A DNA stretch of 32,000 nt, taken from Vibrio vulnificus CMCP6. Lineage in GTDB: Bacteria > Pseudomonadota > Gammaproteobacteria > Enterobacterales > Vibrionaceae. Every line of letters begins with the position of its first letter. The first letter of the stretch is position 1. A model generated the notes under the pieces. It searched no databases and was not told where the DNA came from. It saw only the letters and a program-made list of their open reading frames with translations. The stretch is from contig NC_004459.3 of the NCBI RefSeq assembly GCF_000039765.1, positions 300,001-332,000 on the forward strand, written 5' to 3'. Shown here one piece after another: positions 1-11,145 of this stretch. The position numbers were made by a program, and so were the translations under genes.

Positions 1-1278
1 GATCTCTAGCGGACTGTCGTCTTCTTCATCTGGGCTACGAATATCCAGCACCACAGCGTGCTCTTCAATCGCTTGAACTTGCTCTACTTCTGGCGCTGCT
101 TGCGCCGACTCTTTCGCGATATCACGAATGTCCATTTGACGGGCATTGCGTACCACTTGTTCCAAGATATCGAAATTGAAGTTGGCTTCTTCCGCTTCGA
201 GCTTCTCTTTGACTGCTTTCACGGTTGGCTTCTTCGAAATCACGCCACAGTATTCTGGCATGGTTTTGGCGAAATCTTCGGTGCCGATGTCACGTGCAAC
301 TTTAATGATCTCGTCTTTATCCCAGTTGATTAGAGGACGTAGAATCAAACGATCGGTCACCACATCAATGTGGCGTAAGTTGGTCAAAGTTTGGCTTGAT
401 ACTTGGCCTAGGGCTTCACCAGTTACCAAAGCTTGAATATCAAACTTCTCGGCAACCATGCCAGCTGCACGCATGAACATACGTTTTAGCACAACGCCCA
501 TTTGACCGTCTTCAACCTTCTCTAAAATCTCCGCCACTACAGGCTCAAAATCAACAGAGATGAAGCGAACTTTGGCTGAAGAGCCGTATTTGTTCCACAA
601 GAAGTGAGCCACTTGTTTTACGCCGATTTCATGCGCAGGGCCACCCAGATTGAAGAAACAGTAATGCACTTTAGAGCCACGCTTGATGTGCAGATAGCTC
701 GAAACACCCGAATCAAAACCACCAGAGATCAGGCTCAGCAGATCTTCTTGCGTGCCCAGAGGGAAACCGCCAAGACCTTTGTGATGGGCCAAAATCTGGT
801 TCAGTTTGTCATCCACCACTTCAATCTTGATGGTAATGTCTGGGTTGTGCAGTTTGACCGAGGCGCTCTCGACCGATTGATTTAAGCCACCACCGACGTA
901 ACGCTCCAGCTCAATTGAGGTAAAGTCATGCTTACCACGGCGCTTAGCACGCACCACAAAGGTTTTGTTTTCAATGCGCTCGCGGCTGAGCTCCAACACT
1001 TGCTCATAGATGTCGTGCAGATCTTTAAAGCCAGATTGCTTCACTTCCAACACTTGCTGAATGCCAGGTGTCGTCGTCAAGATTTCGAGCACTTGTTGGT
1101 AATATTGATGGCTGTTAGCCGACACTTCGATATGATCGCGACGGTTAAAGACAGCCACAGATTCAGTGCGATTCTGAATAATGATTCGGATGTTGCTCTC
1201 AAGAATCTTGGTAAAGCGCTTACGTACCGACTCACTCTTTACAAAAATTTCTGGATGGGGCTTTACAATAAATTTCAT
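1..1278 (-). CDS. thiI: tRNA 4-thiouridine synthase / sulfurtransferase ThiI (3' end beyond window)
   Basis: Manual minus-strand translation from CAT at 1276-1278 gives [31 protein letters not shown]..., THUMP-like N-terminus, PP-loop [12 protein letters not shown]-terminal rhodanese-like region. The plus-strand ORFs in 58-1369 are shadows of this gene. Confidence 0.95.
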   Translation of the reverse strand, partial: MKFIVKPHPEIFVKSESVRKRFTKILESNIRIIIQNRTESVAVFNRRDHIEVSANSHQYYQQVLEILTTTPGIQQVLEVKQSGFKDLHDIYEQVLELSRERIENKTFVVRAKRRGKHDFTSIELERYVGGGLNQSVESASVKLHNPDITIKIEVVDDKLNQILAHHKGLGGFPLGTQEDLLSLISGGFDSGVSSYLHIKRGSKVHYCFFNLGGPAHEIGVKQVAHFLWNKYGSSAKVRFISVDFEPVVAEILEKVEDGQMGVVLKRMFMRAAGMVAEKFDIQALVTGEALGQVSSQTLTNLRHIDVVTDRLILRPLINWDKDEIIKVARDIGTEDFAKTMPEYCGVISKKPTVKAVKEKLEAEEANFNFDILEQVVRNARQMDIRDIAKESAQAAPEVEQVQAIEEHAVVLDIRSPDEEDDSPLEI

Positions 1279-1372
1279 AGTTCAATTCGCAGTCTGTTGG
1301 CTATCAATTCACACCGCAGCTTGCACTAAGGTGTGGGACTTAGGGCGCAAGATTATACACGAATTATAACCA

Positions 1373-1403
1373 TAAAAAAGACGAGCATTTCTGCTCATCT
1401 TTT
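1373..1403 (-). terminator. Rho-independent terminator downstream of pomB
   Basis: AAAAGAcGAGCA-ttt-c-TGCTCaTCTTTT hairpin with poly-A on the plus strand, i.e. a U-tract for minus-strand transcripts. Confidence 0.7.
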
Positions 1404-1422
1404 ATTCAACTGACGTACCCAA

Positions 1423-2379
1423 TTACTGGTCTTGAGGAATGGCTGGAATTTCATCACTATACAAAGGCTCACCTTGCATAATGCTGATTTCCACTCGGCG
1501 GTTTCTTGCTCGGTTTTCTTCAGTATCGTTATCGACCAGAGGATCGGTATCAGCCATGCCTCGCACCCGTAGGCGCTGATGAGAAAATCCGCGCACTTTT
1601 TCCATCTCTTGCGCCACCGAAACGGCACGTTGCGCAGAGAGATCCCAGTTAGAACGATAAAGCTCCGAATCAAGACGCTGATTGTCCGTGTGGCCTGAAA
1701 TCCGCACAATGCCAGGGACATCTTTCACCAACTCAGCAATTTGTCGCACTAGCGGGCGGAATTTCGGCTGCAAGAACGCAGAGCCTTCTGGGAAGGCGCC
1801 CTTCTCTCGCATGCGAATCACAATTTGCTGCCCCAAGTTTTCCACTTCAATCGCCCCTTGCTCTATTTCACGCTCAAGGGCCTTCTTGATGCTTTCCATC
1901 AGCGTTTCCATCTCTTTCGACATGGCTTCCGATTGCTGCTGTTGCTGTTGTTGTTCGGTATTTTGGTTGGTCTGGGTCGAGGTTTCAGGCGACTGCCCGC
2001 CCGTCATTTTGCCTTGGTCACGCTGAGTACCACCAGCACGATCCGACTCTCCCTCATGAAACTCTAAGGTTTGCTGGGTGATATCAATGGTTTGCTGCAT
2101 GATCACGTCAATCGGTGTCGGCTCTGGACGCCCCGGACGAAATTCTTGAGCGATGATGCTGGTGCCTTTGGGGATGTCTTTCACCTCAAGGCGGTTTTGC
2201 ACACCAAAGGCAAATTTCATTGAGCCTGCGATCTGTTTGAACTTCAGTACATCCATTTCCGAAAACGAAAGCAGCAGTACGAAGAAACACATCAACAGTG
2301 ACATCAAGTCAGCGAAGGTACCCATCCACAGAGGTAATCCGGGAGGGGGACAATCACATTTGCTATCGTCATCCATCAC
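1423..2379 (-). CDS. pomB: Sodium-driven polar flagellar motor stator protein PomB (MotB family, OmpA-like C-terminus)
   Basis: N-terminal MMDDDSKCDCPPPGLPLWMGTFADLMSLLMCFFVLLLSFSEMD with plug/TM region; OmpA-like VRISGHTDNQ...NWDLSAQRAVSV; adjacent pomA. Confidence 0.95.
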   Translation of the reverse strand: MMDDDSKCDCPPPGLPLWMGTFADLMSLLMCFFVLLLSFSEMDVLKFKQIAGSMKFAFGVQNRLEVKDIPKGTSIIAQEFRPGRPEPTPIDVIMQQTIDITQQTLEFHEGESDRAGGTQRDQGKMTGGQSPETSTQTNQNTEQQQQQQQSEAMSKEMETLMESIKKALEREIEQGAIEVENLGQQIVIRMREKGAFPEGSAFLQPKFRPLVRQIAELVKDVPGIVRISGHTDNQRLDSELYRSNWDLSAQRAVSVAQEMEKVRGFSHQRLRVRGMADTDPLVDNDTEENRARNRRVEISIMQGEPLYSDEIPAIPQDQ

Positions 2380-2391
2380 ATACTCCCGTGA

Positions 2392-3153
2392 TTAATCGTT
2401 GATATCGAGGGCACGCTTGCTCTCGTTGAGGTAGTTTTTCAAATAGCTGTCGATAACACGTGGGTTCTGGCCATCTTGGATCGCCAACACGCCGTCCATG
2501 ATCAAACGACGATTAAGGGTCTCTTGGTCGCGACGAAGCGCCAATTTATCCGCAATCGGGAAGAACACCATGTTCGACAAAATCGCACCGTAGAGTGTGG
2601 TCAAAAGCGCAACCGCCATCGCAGGGCCGATGGATTTGGGGTCATCCATGTTGGACAACATCGCCACCAGACCAACAAGGGTACCGATCATCCCCATCGC
2701 AGGCGCAACGTCACCAAACGCGCGAAACACGCCCGTTCCTTGCGTGTGACGTTCATCGGTCAGAGCAATGTCTTTCTGTAGTGCTGCACGCACCACATCG
2801 GCGTCGTGGCCATCCACCAACAAATCAATGCCTTTTTGCATGAAGCTGTTGGAGATCTCCATCTCTTCCAAGGCCAAGAAACCGCCTTTACGTGCCGCGT
2901 CCGCCATTTCGACAATTTTCGCAATCAAATCTTCTGGTTCATCGGCTTTGAACATGAAGGCTTTGCCCGCAATCTTCGCCGCGCCAAAAAATTGCCCCAT
3001 CGTAAACTTCATCAATACAACGAAGATTGAACCACCGACAACGATGAGGATTGAGGTTACATCGACGAACATCATGATGCTGCCGCCAAGAATCATCGCC
3101 ATCACGACGAAAGCAAGGCCACCTATCAAACCTAAAAGGGTTGCTAAATCCAC
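2392..3153 (-). CDS. pomA: Sodium-driven polar flagellar motor stator protein PomA (MotA family)
   Basis: MDLATLLGLIGGLAFVVMAMILGGS..., MotA/ExbB region APAMGMIGTLVGLVAML; adjacent to pomB. Confidence 0.95.
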   Translation of the reverse strand: MDLATLLGLIGGLAFVVMAMILGGSIMMFVDVTSILIVVGGSIFVVLMKFTMGQFFGAAKIAGKAFMFKADEPEDLIAKIVEMADAARKGGFLALEEMEISNSFMQKGIDLLVDGHDADVVRAALQKDIALTDERHTQGTGVFRAFGDVAPAMGMIGTLVGLVAMLSNMDDPKSIGPAMAVALLTTLYGAILSNMVFFPIADKLALRRDQETLNRRLIMDGVLAIQDGQNPRVIDSYLKNYLNESKRALDIND

Positions 3154-3520
3154 AAAGCACTCCTCATGCTATTTTCCGATTTACCGCAATATAAAGAGAT
3201 TATTTTCTTTATCGACAATGAGTAACGATCTTTTAGAAAAAACTTGGCCAACAAGTCACAATTTTGCCGCAAAGCGTCAAAATAAAGCCGTTACCCTTGA
3301 TTATTTCGATGAGGCGGCAAAGTGCCGGGCATCATCTCGAGGCTTTTTACAAGTTATAGCAAGTTTACTGCCATTTTAACGCTCACGGGCAACCTTTTTG
3401 TTAGCGAGTCAATATTCTCCTCCTTATTAACCTCATTTTCAGATAAATTTGCCCGCTTAAATTTGACCAAGTCAGCGTGCTAAGGTAACTTGCGGGCATT
3501 CTTTTAAAGGCAGAATAGAT

Positions 3521-3763
3521 ATGGCAACCAAGAAACCAGAAAACATGTCCTTCGAAGCAACCATCGAAGAATTGGACAATTTGGTGGATCAACTGGAAAA
3601 CGGTGATCTGGCTTTAGATGACGCTCTTAAGAAATTTGAGCGTGGGATCGCATTAGCCAGAGCCAGCCAAGCTAAACTAACAGAAGCAGAACAAAGAGTT
3701 AGCATTTTACTGAGCGACAGTGATGATGCTCCTCTCAGCGATTTCTCCACCTTGGCAGAGTAA
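3521..3763 (+). CDS. xseB: Exodeoxyribonuclease VII small subunit
   Basis: 80 aa MATKKPENMSFEATIEELDNLVDQLENGDLALDDALKKFERGIALAR..., typical XseB; followed by ispA-dxs. Confidence 0.95.
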   Translation: MATKKPENMSFEATIEELDNLVDQLENGDLALDDALKKFERGIALARASQAKLTEAEQRVSILLSDSDDAPLSDFSTLAE

Positions 3764-3786
3764 TGTTTTAAATGGATAACTCTATG

Positions 3787-4668
3787 ATTGACGTCCTTGC
3801 GTCTTTTCAGCAGCGTAACAACCAACAACTCAATCTTTGGCTCGATAAACTGCCACACCAAAATCAAGCGCTGATCCAAGCGATGCGCTATGGATTAGTG
3901 TTAGGTGGAAAACGTGCTCGCCCATTTTTGGTGTATGCCACCGGTGAGATGCTTGGTTGCAGCCAAGAGCAGCTCGACACACCTGCGTCAGCGATTGAGT
4001 GTATCCATGCTTACTCTCTTATCCATGATGATCTGCCAGCCATGGATGATGATGAACTGCGCCGTGGCCAACCGACCTGCCATGTTAAATTTGACGAAGC
4101 CACCGCCATTTTAACCGGTGATGCTTTACAAACGCTCGCATTCACCATTCTCGCTGAAGGTACATTGTCTGCTGATGGAGAAACACAACGTGTTGCCATG
4201 ATCCAAGCATTGGCGCAAGCCTCTGGAGCGCAAGGCATGTGCATTGGTCAGGCGTTGGATTTGGCTGCGGAAAACCGCGCAGTCACGCTGGAAGAGTTAG
4301 AAGAGATTCACCGTAACAAAACCGGCGCTTTGATCCGTTGTGCGGTACGCTTAGGTGCCTTAGCAGCAGGCGAAAAAGGTTTGGCGATTTTGCCTCAGTT
4401 GGAGAAGTACTCCACGGCGATTGGGTTAGCATTTCAGGTGCAAGATGACATTTTGGATATCATTAGCGATACCGAAACGCTCGGGAAGCCACAAGGTTCT
4501 GACCAAGAACTCAACAAGAGTACCTACCCATCGCTGCTGGGTTTAGAAGGCGCAATGGAGAAAGCTCACACTCTGTTACATGAAGCACTTCAAGCTTTGG
4601 AAGCAATCCCATACAATACCCAACACTTAGAAGAGTTCGCCCGATACGTCGTCGAGCGCAAGAACTAA
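3787..4668 (+). CDS. ispA: (2E,6E)-farnesyl diphosphate synthase (ORF open from 3772; MIDV start at 3787 is plausible)
   Basis: Prenyltransferase motifs DDLPAMDDD and DDILD; xseB-ispA-dxs order. Confidence 0.93.
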   Translation: MDVLASFQQRNNQQLNLWLDKLPHQNQALIQAMRYGLVLGGKRARPFLVYATGEMLGCSQEQLDTPASAIECIHAYSLIHDDLPAMDDDELRRGQPTCHVKFDEATAILTGDALQTLAFTILAEGTLSADGETQRVAMIQALAQASGAQGMCIGQALDLAAENRAVTLEELEEIHRNKTGALIRCAVRLGALAAGEKGLAILPQLEKYSTAIGLAFQVQDDILDIISDTETLGKPQGSDQELNKSTYPSLLGLEGAMEKAHTLLHEALQALEAIPYNTQHLEEFARYVVERKN

Positions 4669-4688
4669 CACAATAAGCGCGCATACCT

Positions 4689-6554
4689 ATGACTCTTGAT
4701 ATTTCAAAGTACCCGACACTGGCACTAGCAGAAACACCCGATGAGCTGCGTCTCTTACCAAAAGAGACGTTGCCAACACTGTGCGATGAATTACGCACTT
4801 ACTTACTGAACTCCGTCAGTCAATCAAGCGGTCACCTAGCCTCTGGTCTTGGCACCGTTGAGCTTACGGTTGCCCTTCACTACGTTTACAACACGCCTTT
4901 TGATCAACTGATTTGGGATGTCGGCCATCAAGCGTACCCACACAAAATCCTGACTGGTCGTCGTGAACAAATGCCGACTATCCGTCAAAAAGGCGGCTTA
5001 CACCCTTTTCCATGGCGTGAAGAAAGTGAGTACGACACCCTGTCTGTGGGCCACTCTTCGACCTCGATCAGTGCAGCACTTGGTATGGCCATCTGCGCAG
5101 AAAAAGAAGGCCAAAACCGCAAAGTCGTTAGTGTAATTGGTGATGGCGCGATCACGGCAGGCATGGCGTTTGAAGCAATGAACCATGCTGGCGATGTACA
5201 CAGCGATATGCTCGTGATCCTCAATGACAACGAAATGTCGATTTCCGAAAACGTGGGCGCGCTTAACAACCATCTTGCTCGTGTCCTTTCTGGCAATCTT
5301 TATACCTCCATCCGTGAAGGTGGCAAGAAAGTGCTCTCTGGCGTGCCGCCGATTAAAGAGCTGGTTCGTCGTACCGAAGAGCATCTTAAAGGCATGGTGG
5401 TTCCGGGCACCCTTTTCGAAGAACTGGGTTTCAACTACATTGGCCCGATTGATGGCCACGATGTGGTGGAGCTGGTCAAAACCCTGAAGAACATGCGCGA
5501 GCTAAAAGGCCCGCAGTTCTTACATATCATGACCAAGAAAGGCAAAGGTTATGAGCCTGCCGAAAAAGATCCGATTGGCTATCACGGTGTGCCAAAGTTC
5601 GATCCTGCCCATAATAGCCTGCCGAAAAGCAGTGGTGGTAAGCCAAGTTTTTCCAATATTTTTGGCGATTTCCTTTGTGACATGGCCGCGCAAGATCCAA
5701 AACTAATGGCGATCACTCCAGCCATGCGTGAAGGCTCCGGCATGGTGCGTTTCTCTAAAGAATACCCAGAGCAATATTTCGATGTGGCGATTGCAGAGCA
5801 GCACGCAGTGACACTGGCTACCGGGATGGCCATTGGCGGCTACAACCCGATTGTGGCGATTTACTCGACGTTCTTGCAACGCGGCTATGACCAACTGATC
5901 CACGATGTGGCAATCATGAACCTGCCTGTGATGTTCGCGATTGACCGCGCTGGTTTGGTGGGCGCAGATGGTCAAACTCACCAAGGCGCGTTCGATTTAA
6001 GCTACATGCGCTGTATTCCAAACATGGTGATCATGGCGCCAAGCGATGAGAACGAATGCCGCCAAATGCTCTATACCGGCCACAAACATCAAGGACCGAG
6101 CGCGGTGCGTTACCCTCGTGGCAATGGCATGGGCACGCCTATCGAATCTGAATTTACCGCGCTTGAGATTGGTAAAGGCCGCTTGGTTCGCCAAGGCGAA
6201 AAGGTAGCCATTCTGAGTTTCGGCACCTTTTTAGCCAATGCGCTTGAAGCGGCAGAGGCATTGAATGCGACCGTTGCAGACATGCGTTTTGTTAAACCTC
6301 TTGATGAAGCACTTCTTCGTCAATTGGCCAACGAGCATGATGTGCTCATCACGATTGAAGAAAACGCCATTGCCGGTGGTGCGGGTGCGGGCGTGATCGA
6401 GTTTATGATGCAAGAAAAGATCATGAAACCAGTCTTGAACCTTGGTCTACCAGATAAGTTCATTCATCAAGGTACTCAAGAAGAGTTGCATGAAGAACTC
6501 GGCTTAGATGCCAAAGGCATTGAACAAGCGATTCGCCACTATCTTGCAAAATAA
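4689..6554 (+). CDS. dxs: 1-deoxy-D-xylulose-5-phosphate synthase
   Basis: 621 aa; ThDP motif [18 protein letters not shown]...NDNEMSIS; transketolase-type Pyr domain. Confidence 0.97.
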   Translation: MTLDISKYPTLALAETPDELRLLPKETLPTLCDELRTYLLNSVSQSSGHLASGLGTVELTVALHYVYNTPFDQLIWDVGHQAYPHKILTGRREQMPTIRQKGGLHPFPWREESEYDTLSVGHSSTSISAALGMAICAEKEGQNRKVVSVIGDGAITAGMAFEAMNHAGDVHSDMLVILNDNEMSISENVGALNNHLARVLSGNLYTSIREGGKKVLSGVPPIKELVRRTEEHLKGMVVPGTLFEELGFNYIGPIDGHDVVELVKTLKNMRELKGPQFLHIMTKKGKGYEPAEKDPIGYHGVPKFDPAHNSLPKSSGGKPSFSNIFGDFLCDMAAQDPKLMAITPAMREGSGMVRFSKEYPEQYFDVAIAEQHAVTLATGMAIGGYNPIVAIYSTFLQRGYDQLIHDVAIMNLPVMFAIDRAGLVGADGQTHQGAFDLSYMRCIPNMVIMAPSDENECRQMLYTGHKHQGPSAVRYPRGNGMGTPIESEFTALEIGKGRLVRQGEKVAILSFGTFLANALEAAEALNATVADMRFVKPLDEALLRQLANEHDVLITIEENAIAGGAGAGVIEFMMQEKIMKPVLNLGLPDKFIHQGTQEELHEELGLDAKGIEQAIRHYLAK

Positions 6555-6576
6555 AGTAAAGACGAACAGACACAAA

Positions 6577-6604
6577 AAAGGGATTGGCAAAGCCAATCCC
6601 TTTT
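6577..6604. terminator. Bidirectional terminator between convergent dxs and pgpA
   Basis: AAAGGGATTGGC-aaa-GCCAATCCCTTTT, flanked by an A-run and a T-run. Confidence 0.88.
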
Positions 6605-6622
6605 GTTTATGCCTTATCTGGC

Positions 6623-7126
6623 TTATAGCCAACCAGCAAAATACCCTAGCACATAGAGAGAAATGGCAGACATCACCCCTGCGACAATGTCATCCAGCAT
6701 TATGCCTAACCCACCATGCACACGCTTATCCAACCAGCCAATCGGCCAAGGTTTGACCATATCGAAGAAGCGGAACAATACGAACCCTGCGCCTACCCAT
6801 TTCAACTCAGAAATGGGAATTTGCAACGCAGGCATGATGGTCATGGTGATCCAAAAGCCAGCAAACTCATCCCAGACAATCGAGCCGTGATCGTGCACAC
6901 CCATGTCATCTGACGTCACCTGGCAAATTTTAATACCGACTAAACAAGCAGCGAGAACAATCACCAAATAGACAGGAAGAGGCAATGGAGCGAAAACCAA
7001 AAACAGAGGAATGGATGCCAACGTCCCCATGGTGCCAGGGATAATCGGCGATAAGCCACTGCCAAACCCCGTTGCCAATAAATGCCAAGGATTATTTAAA
7101 GAAATTTTATCAAGTGGATTGTTCAT
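6623..7126 (-). CDS. pgpA: Phosphatidylglycerophosphatase A
   Basis: 167 aa with GSGLSPIIPGTMGTLASIP and WDEFAGFWITM; thiL-pgpA order. Confidence 0.93.
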   Translation of the reverse strand: MNNPLDKISLNNPWHLLATGFGSGLSPIIPGTMGTLASIPLFLVFAPLPLPVYLVIVLAACLVGIKICQVTSDDMGVHDHGSIVWDEFAGFWITMTIMPALQIPISELKWVGAGFVLFRFFDMVKPWPIGWLDKRVHGGLGIMLDDIVAGVMSAISLYVLGYFAGWL

Positions 7127-7131
7127 GGTGA

Positions 7132-8100
7132 TTACGCCTTAAAGTGGTCAAAGCCACTCAAATCCCAGTTTAATTTTGTGCCATCATCATGGAGTTCAAA
7201 AAAACCATGTGGACGAATTTGCCCGATACACGTCACTTTGCAACCAACGTGTGCCAAGGCACTTTCGATTGTTCCTCTTGCCTCTTCGGGCACGGTAAAA
7301 CAAAGCTCGTATTCTTCGCCGCTGGTCAGCGCATATTGAAGTGCCATTTCGCGCTCGGTCAAAAAAGAGAGCAGTTCAGATGAAATCGGCAGCTTAGAGA
7401 CATCCAGGCTAACACCAACCTGAGAGCGGTTTAAGATGTGCCCTAAATCCGCAATTAAGCCATCGGAGATATCGATCGCCGCCGAGGCTAATCCGACCAA
7501 CGCTTGCCCTGCTAAAATCCGCGGCATACTCATATAGTGCGCTTTTTCTAGCGCTTGTGCGGCTGGGCGAGTACGCAAGTTGCTATCGAGAATCACATCC
7601 AATCCCGCCTTTGCATCGCCTAGCGTCCCCGTAACAAACACATAGTCGCCCGGTTTGGCACCACTGCGCGTGATCGCTTTCCCTTCAGGGACAAACCCTT
7701 GCACCGTCATGGTCAAACTCAGTGGACCTTTCGTCGTGTCACCACCAATGAGCTGTATGCCGAAGTAATCCGCCAGCTTAAAAAAACCATCACAAAAGGG
7801 AGCCAACCAGGCTTCGTCGGCTAGCGGCATAGTCAGAGCAAATGAGACCCACGCAGGTGTTGCCCCCATGGCCGCCAAATCGCTGATGTTCGATGCTAGC
7901 GCCTTATGCGCCACCCAAGCGGGATCGGCATCGGCTAAGAAATGAGTGCCACATACTAGGGTATCGGTGCTAATGGCAATTTGCACGTTGCTTGGTGGCT
8001 TAACTAGCGCGCAGTCGTCTCCAGCGGCTAGGTGTACATCTTTACGTTGTGCCTGACGGCCAACGAAGTATTTTTCAATCAGATTAAACTCGCCTGACAT
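7132..8100 (-). CDS. thiL: Thiamine-monophosphate kinase (start at MSGEFNLIEKYF; upstream 12 codons of the ORF unlikely)
   Basis: AIR-synthase-like DDCALV, GGDTTKGPLSLTMTVQG, SGEEYELCFTV. Confidence 0.93.
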   Translation of the reverse strand: MSGEFNLIEKYFVGRQAQRKDVHLAAGDDCALVKPPSNVQIAISTDTLVCGTHFLADADPAWVAHKALASNISDLAAMGATPAWVSFALTMPLADEAWLAPFCDGFFKLADYFGIQLIGGDTTKGPLSLTMTVQGFVPEGKAITRSGAKPGDYVFVTGTLGDAKAGLDVILDSNLRTRPAAQALEKAHYMSMPRILAGQALVGLASAAIDISDGLIADLGHILNRSQVGVSLDVSKLPISSELLSFLTEREMALQYALTSGEEYELCFTVPEEARGTIESALAHVGCKVTCIGQIRPHGFFELHDDGTKLNWDLSGFDHFKA

Positions 8101-8166
8101 CAAAATCCTTTCCTTTGTTATAAAAAAGGCCAGCATTGTGCTGACCTTTTCGTTATTCAGTGACGC

Positions 8167-8634
8167 TTATTTTTTGCGTACGTGCGGTGCGGCTTTATCA
8201 AGCACACCGTTGACAAACTTGTGGCTGTCTTCAGCGGCAAAAACTTTAGCCAGTTCAATCGCTTCGTTAATCACAACTTTGTAAGGTACGTCTTCACGGC
8301 GAGTCATTTCGTACATCGCCAAACGTAACAACGCCAGTTCCATCATATCCAAATCTTGCATTGGACGAGAAACGTAAGGGCGAATCTTACTATCCAGTTC
8401 GGTGTGGCTTAGAACAACACCGGTCAACAAGTCGCGGAAGTATGCTACGTCAGTCTCCGGAGCTGCTAGTGCAGGCTCAGCAGCACGATGCTCTTCTTCA
8501 TCATACTTTTCGCCAGCCAAAAACTGAGCTTCGATAGTGGCAACATTTTCTTTAGTAATTTGCCATGAATAGATTGCTTGTAAAGCGAATTGACGTGCGT
8601 TACGACGTGCGGCTGGTTTCACACTGGCCCCCAT
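8167..8634 (-). CDS. nusB: Transcription antitermination protein NusB
   Basis: 155 aa [16 protein letters not shown]...; start codon overlaps the ribH stop by 1 nt (TAATG). Confidence 0.95.
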   Translation of the reverse strand: MGASVKPAARRNARQFALQAIYSWQITKENVATIEAQFLAGEKYDEEEHRAAEPALAAPETDVAYFRDLLTGVVLSHTELDSKIRPYVSRPMQDLDMMELALLRLAMYEMTRREDVPYKVVINEAIELAKVFAAEDSHKFVNGVLDKAAPHVRKK

Positions 8635-9104
8635 TAGGAATCAATTTCAGAAAGAACGTTTATCATCTCAAGTGCGCTCAGTGCAGCTTCTGCACCTTTG
8701 TTACCAGCCTTGGTTCCTGCGCGTTCAATAGCTTGATCGATAGTATCAACGGTCAATACGCCAAATGCCACTGGAATACTAAATTCAAGAGACACTTGTG
8801 CTAGACCTTTATTCATTTCACTACAAACATAGTCGAAGTGTGGTGTACCACCACGGATCACTGAGCCAAGAGATACAATCGCGTCGAACTTACCTGTTTT
8901 TGCTACGCGCTGAGCCACTAGAGGTAGTTCAACAGCACCAGGACAACGTACAACGGTGATGTTGTCTTCACTGACTTGACCGTGACGCTTCAAAGTGTCG
9001 ATGGCACCAGACAATAGACTTTCGTTAATAAAACTGTTGAAACGAGAAATAACGATAGCAATTTTTGCGTTTGGCGCAGGGAAGCCACCCTCGATCACTT
9101 TCAT
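8634..9104 (-). CDS. ribH: 6,7-dimethyl-8-ribityllumazine synthase (start [11 protein letters not shown] at 9104)
   Basis: [41 protein letters not shown]; SD AAGGAAGG just upstream of ATG 9104. Confidence 0.95.
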   Translation of the reverse strand: MKVIEGGFPAPNAKIAIVISRFNSFINESLLSGAIDTLKRHGQVSEDNITVVRCPGAVELPLVAQRVAKTGKFDAIVSLGSVIRGGTPHFDYVCSEMNKGLAQVSLEFSIPVAFGVLTVDTIDQAIERAGTKAGNKGAEAALSALEMINVLSEIDS

Positions 9105-9235
9105 AAGCCTTCCTTTAACTATGTTCATCAAGTGAGAATCGCCGGATTCTAGCACAATTTTGTGAGCAATATCTAATGGTATTTCGCCACGAAATACTGC
9201 CTTACAGCGAAGAGATAAGTCGAATTAGGGGAGAA

Positions 9236-9270
9236 AAATAAACGCAGAGTTATTTTCGCTGCGTTTATTT
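9236..9270. terminator. Terminator downstream of ribBA
   Basis: 12-bp perfect inverted repeat AAATAAACGCAG...CTGCGTTTATTT. Confidence 0.75.
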
Positions 9271-9280
9271 AGAAGTGGTG

Positions 9281-10390
9281 TTATTCACACACATACTCAA
9301 CAACATTCAAACCAAAACCGCCAAGGGCATGGTATTTCTTGTTGCTGGAAGAAAGTAGACGCATGTCGTGCACACCTAAGTCTGCAAGAATTTGCGAGCC
9401 GACACCAACACGACGTGAAGTGCCCTGCTTCTTAGCCAATTTAGGCGCCTCTTCTTTGTCTTGAGCTTCAAACATTTTGACGCGATGGATCAGCAGCTCA
9501 GGCGACTCTTCATTCCCTAGAATCACCAAAACGCCCCCTTCTTGGCCAATACGCTTCATCGCTTTATCAAGCGTCCAACTGCGCTCAGCATTGCGATCGC
9601 TGCGCAGTAAATCGGTAAAGGTGTCTTGTAAGTGAACACGAACCAGTGGTGTTTGATCACCCATCGTACCTTTACGCAAAGCAAAGTGAATTTGATTATC
9701 AATGGTGTCGCGGTAGGTCACGAGATCAAACTCACCAAACTCAGTGGGTAGCTTGCACTCAGCAACGCGCTCAATCGTGGTTTCCGTGTTGTTTCGATAC
9801 TCAATCAAATCGGCAATGGTGCCAAGTTTGAGACCATGCTGCTCAGCAAACACTTCCAAATCAGGGCGGCGCGCCATGGTGCCATCGTCATTCAGAATTT
9901 CAACGATAACAGAGGCTGGTTCGAAACCCGCCAAACGAGCAAGGTCGCAGCCCGCCTCAGTATGCCCCGCGCGAGTCAACACGCCACCATCTTGCGCGGC
10001 TAATGGGAAAATGTGCCCCGGTTGCACCAAGTCTGCCGCTTTAGCTTCTTTTGCGACTGCCGCTTGCACGGTACGAGCACGATCCGCTGCTGAAATACCG
10101 GTTGTCACGCCTTCCGCCGCTTCAATGGAAACGGTGAAGTTGGTAGTGTATTGCGCGTTGTTATCTTGCACCATTGGTGGTAATCCAAGACGCTGGCAAC
10201 GCTCTTTGGTCATAGTCAAACAGATCAAACCGCGACCATATTTGGCCATAAAATTGATGGCTTCTGGCGTAATGTGCTCCGCCGCCATAATCAAATCACC
10301 TTCGTTTTCGCGGTCTTCATCGTCCATTAAGATGACCATTTTGCCCAAACGAATGTCTTCAATGATCTCTTGGGGTGTACTGATTGGCAT
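9281..10390 (-). CDS. ribB: RibBA-like protein: 3,4-dihydroxy-2-butanone-4-phosphate synthase fused to a degenerate GTP cyclohydrolase II-like domain (start at [13 protein letters not shown])
   Basis: RibB motifs [41 protein letters not shown]; C-terminal GTPCH2-like fold sequence lacking the Cys motif. Confidence 0.9.
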   Translation of the reverse strand: MPISTPQEIIEDIRLGKMVILMDDEDRENEGDLIMAAEHITPEAINFMAKYGRGLICLTMTKERCQRLGLPPMVQDNNAQYTTNFTVSIEAAEGVTTGISAADRARTVQAAVAKEAKAADLVQPGHIFPLAAQDGGVLTRAGHTEAGCDLARLAGFEPASVIVEILNDDGTMARRPDLEVFAEQHGLKLGTIADLIEYRNNTETTIERVAECKLPTEFGEFDLVTYRDTIDNQIHFALRKGTMGDQTPLVRVHLQDTFTDLLRSDRNAERSWTLDKAMKRIGQEGGVLVILGNEESPELLIHRVKMFEAQDKEEAPKLAKKQGTSRRVGVGSQILADLGVHDMRLLSSSNKKYHALGGFGLNVVEYVCE

Positions 10391-10487
10391 AGCGATATTT
10401 CCTGTCAATTTAAGCGCTAAAACGCTGATAGACACTAGTCTGATTCATCGTTACCGAGTGTCAACCTGTGGGCTAACATTCTGTGAA

Positions 10488-11144
10488 CTAAGCAAAACCA
10501 TTCTGTTGCAAGAATTCCATGGTGATGCGGGACTCGTCATTGGATTGTGCTTGTTGACCAAGTAGCAAACGTTCCATGTAACGAGCAAGAACATCCACTT
10601 CCAAGTTAACTTTGCGCCCCACTTGGAAATCATTAATCGTGGTTTCGTCCCCCGTATGAGGAACGATGGTGAGTTTAAACGCATTCTTGCGTAGATCATT
10701 CACGGTCAAACTGATCCCATCAACGGTGATTGAGCCTTTTTCCGCAACGTATTTACTCAAGCTCTCAGGCATTGCGACCCAAAACTCGATAGCACGACCA
10801 ACCTGATTACGCTCAACAATTTCACCAACGCCATCCACATGGCCAGAAACAATATGCCCGCCAAAACGGGTGGTAGGCAGCATCGCTTTCTCGAGATTGA
10901 CCTTGTCACCCACTTGATAATTGGCAAAGCCCGTTTTCTTTAAAGACTCTAACGAGAGATCGGCACTGTAATGACGGTCTGAAAAATCAATCACCGTCAG
11001 GCAAACACCATTCGTGGCAATACTGTCGCCCAACTTAACGTCCGACATATCGAGCTTGCCTGTGTTAACCGTTACGGTAATGTCTTCCCCTCTTGGGGTA
11101 ATCGCAGCCAAGGTTCCAACTGCTTCGATAATTCCTGTGAACAT
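10488..11144 (-). CDS. ribE: Riboflavin synthase alpha chain (start MFTGIIEAVG)
   Basis: Duplicated lumazine-binding domains: MFTGIIEAVG..., VSGHVDGVGEI..., ITVDGISLTVN. Confidence 0.95.
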   Translation of the reverse strand: MFTGIIEAVGTLAAITPRGEDITVTVNTGKLDMSDVKLGDSIATNGVCLTVIDFSDRHYSADLSLESLKKTGFANYQVGDKVNLEKAMLPTTRFGGHIVSGHVDGVGEIVERNQVGRAIEFWVAMPESLSKYVAEKGSITVDGISLTVNDLRKNAFKLTIVPHTGDETTINDFQVGRKVNLEVDVLARYMERLLLGQQAQSNDESRITMEFLQQNGFA

Positions 11145-11145
11145 A

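Noticed and set aside
58-1369. Several plus-strand ORFs at the left edge (58..333, 146..436, 604..885, 928..1329, 1181..1369).
   Set aside because: All are shadows of the minus-strand thiI coding sequence, or run just past its start.
9105-9280. FMN riboswitch expected near rib genes.
   Set aside because: No RFN-element conserved segments seen upstream of ribH, ribBA or ribD in this window.
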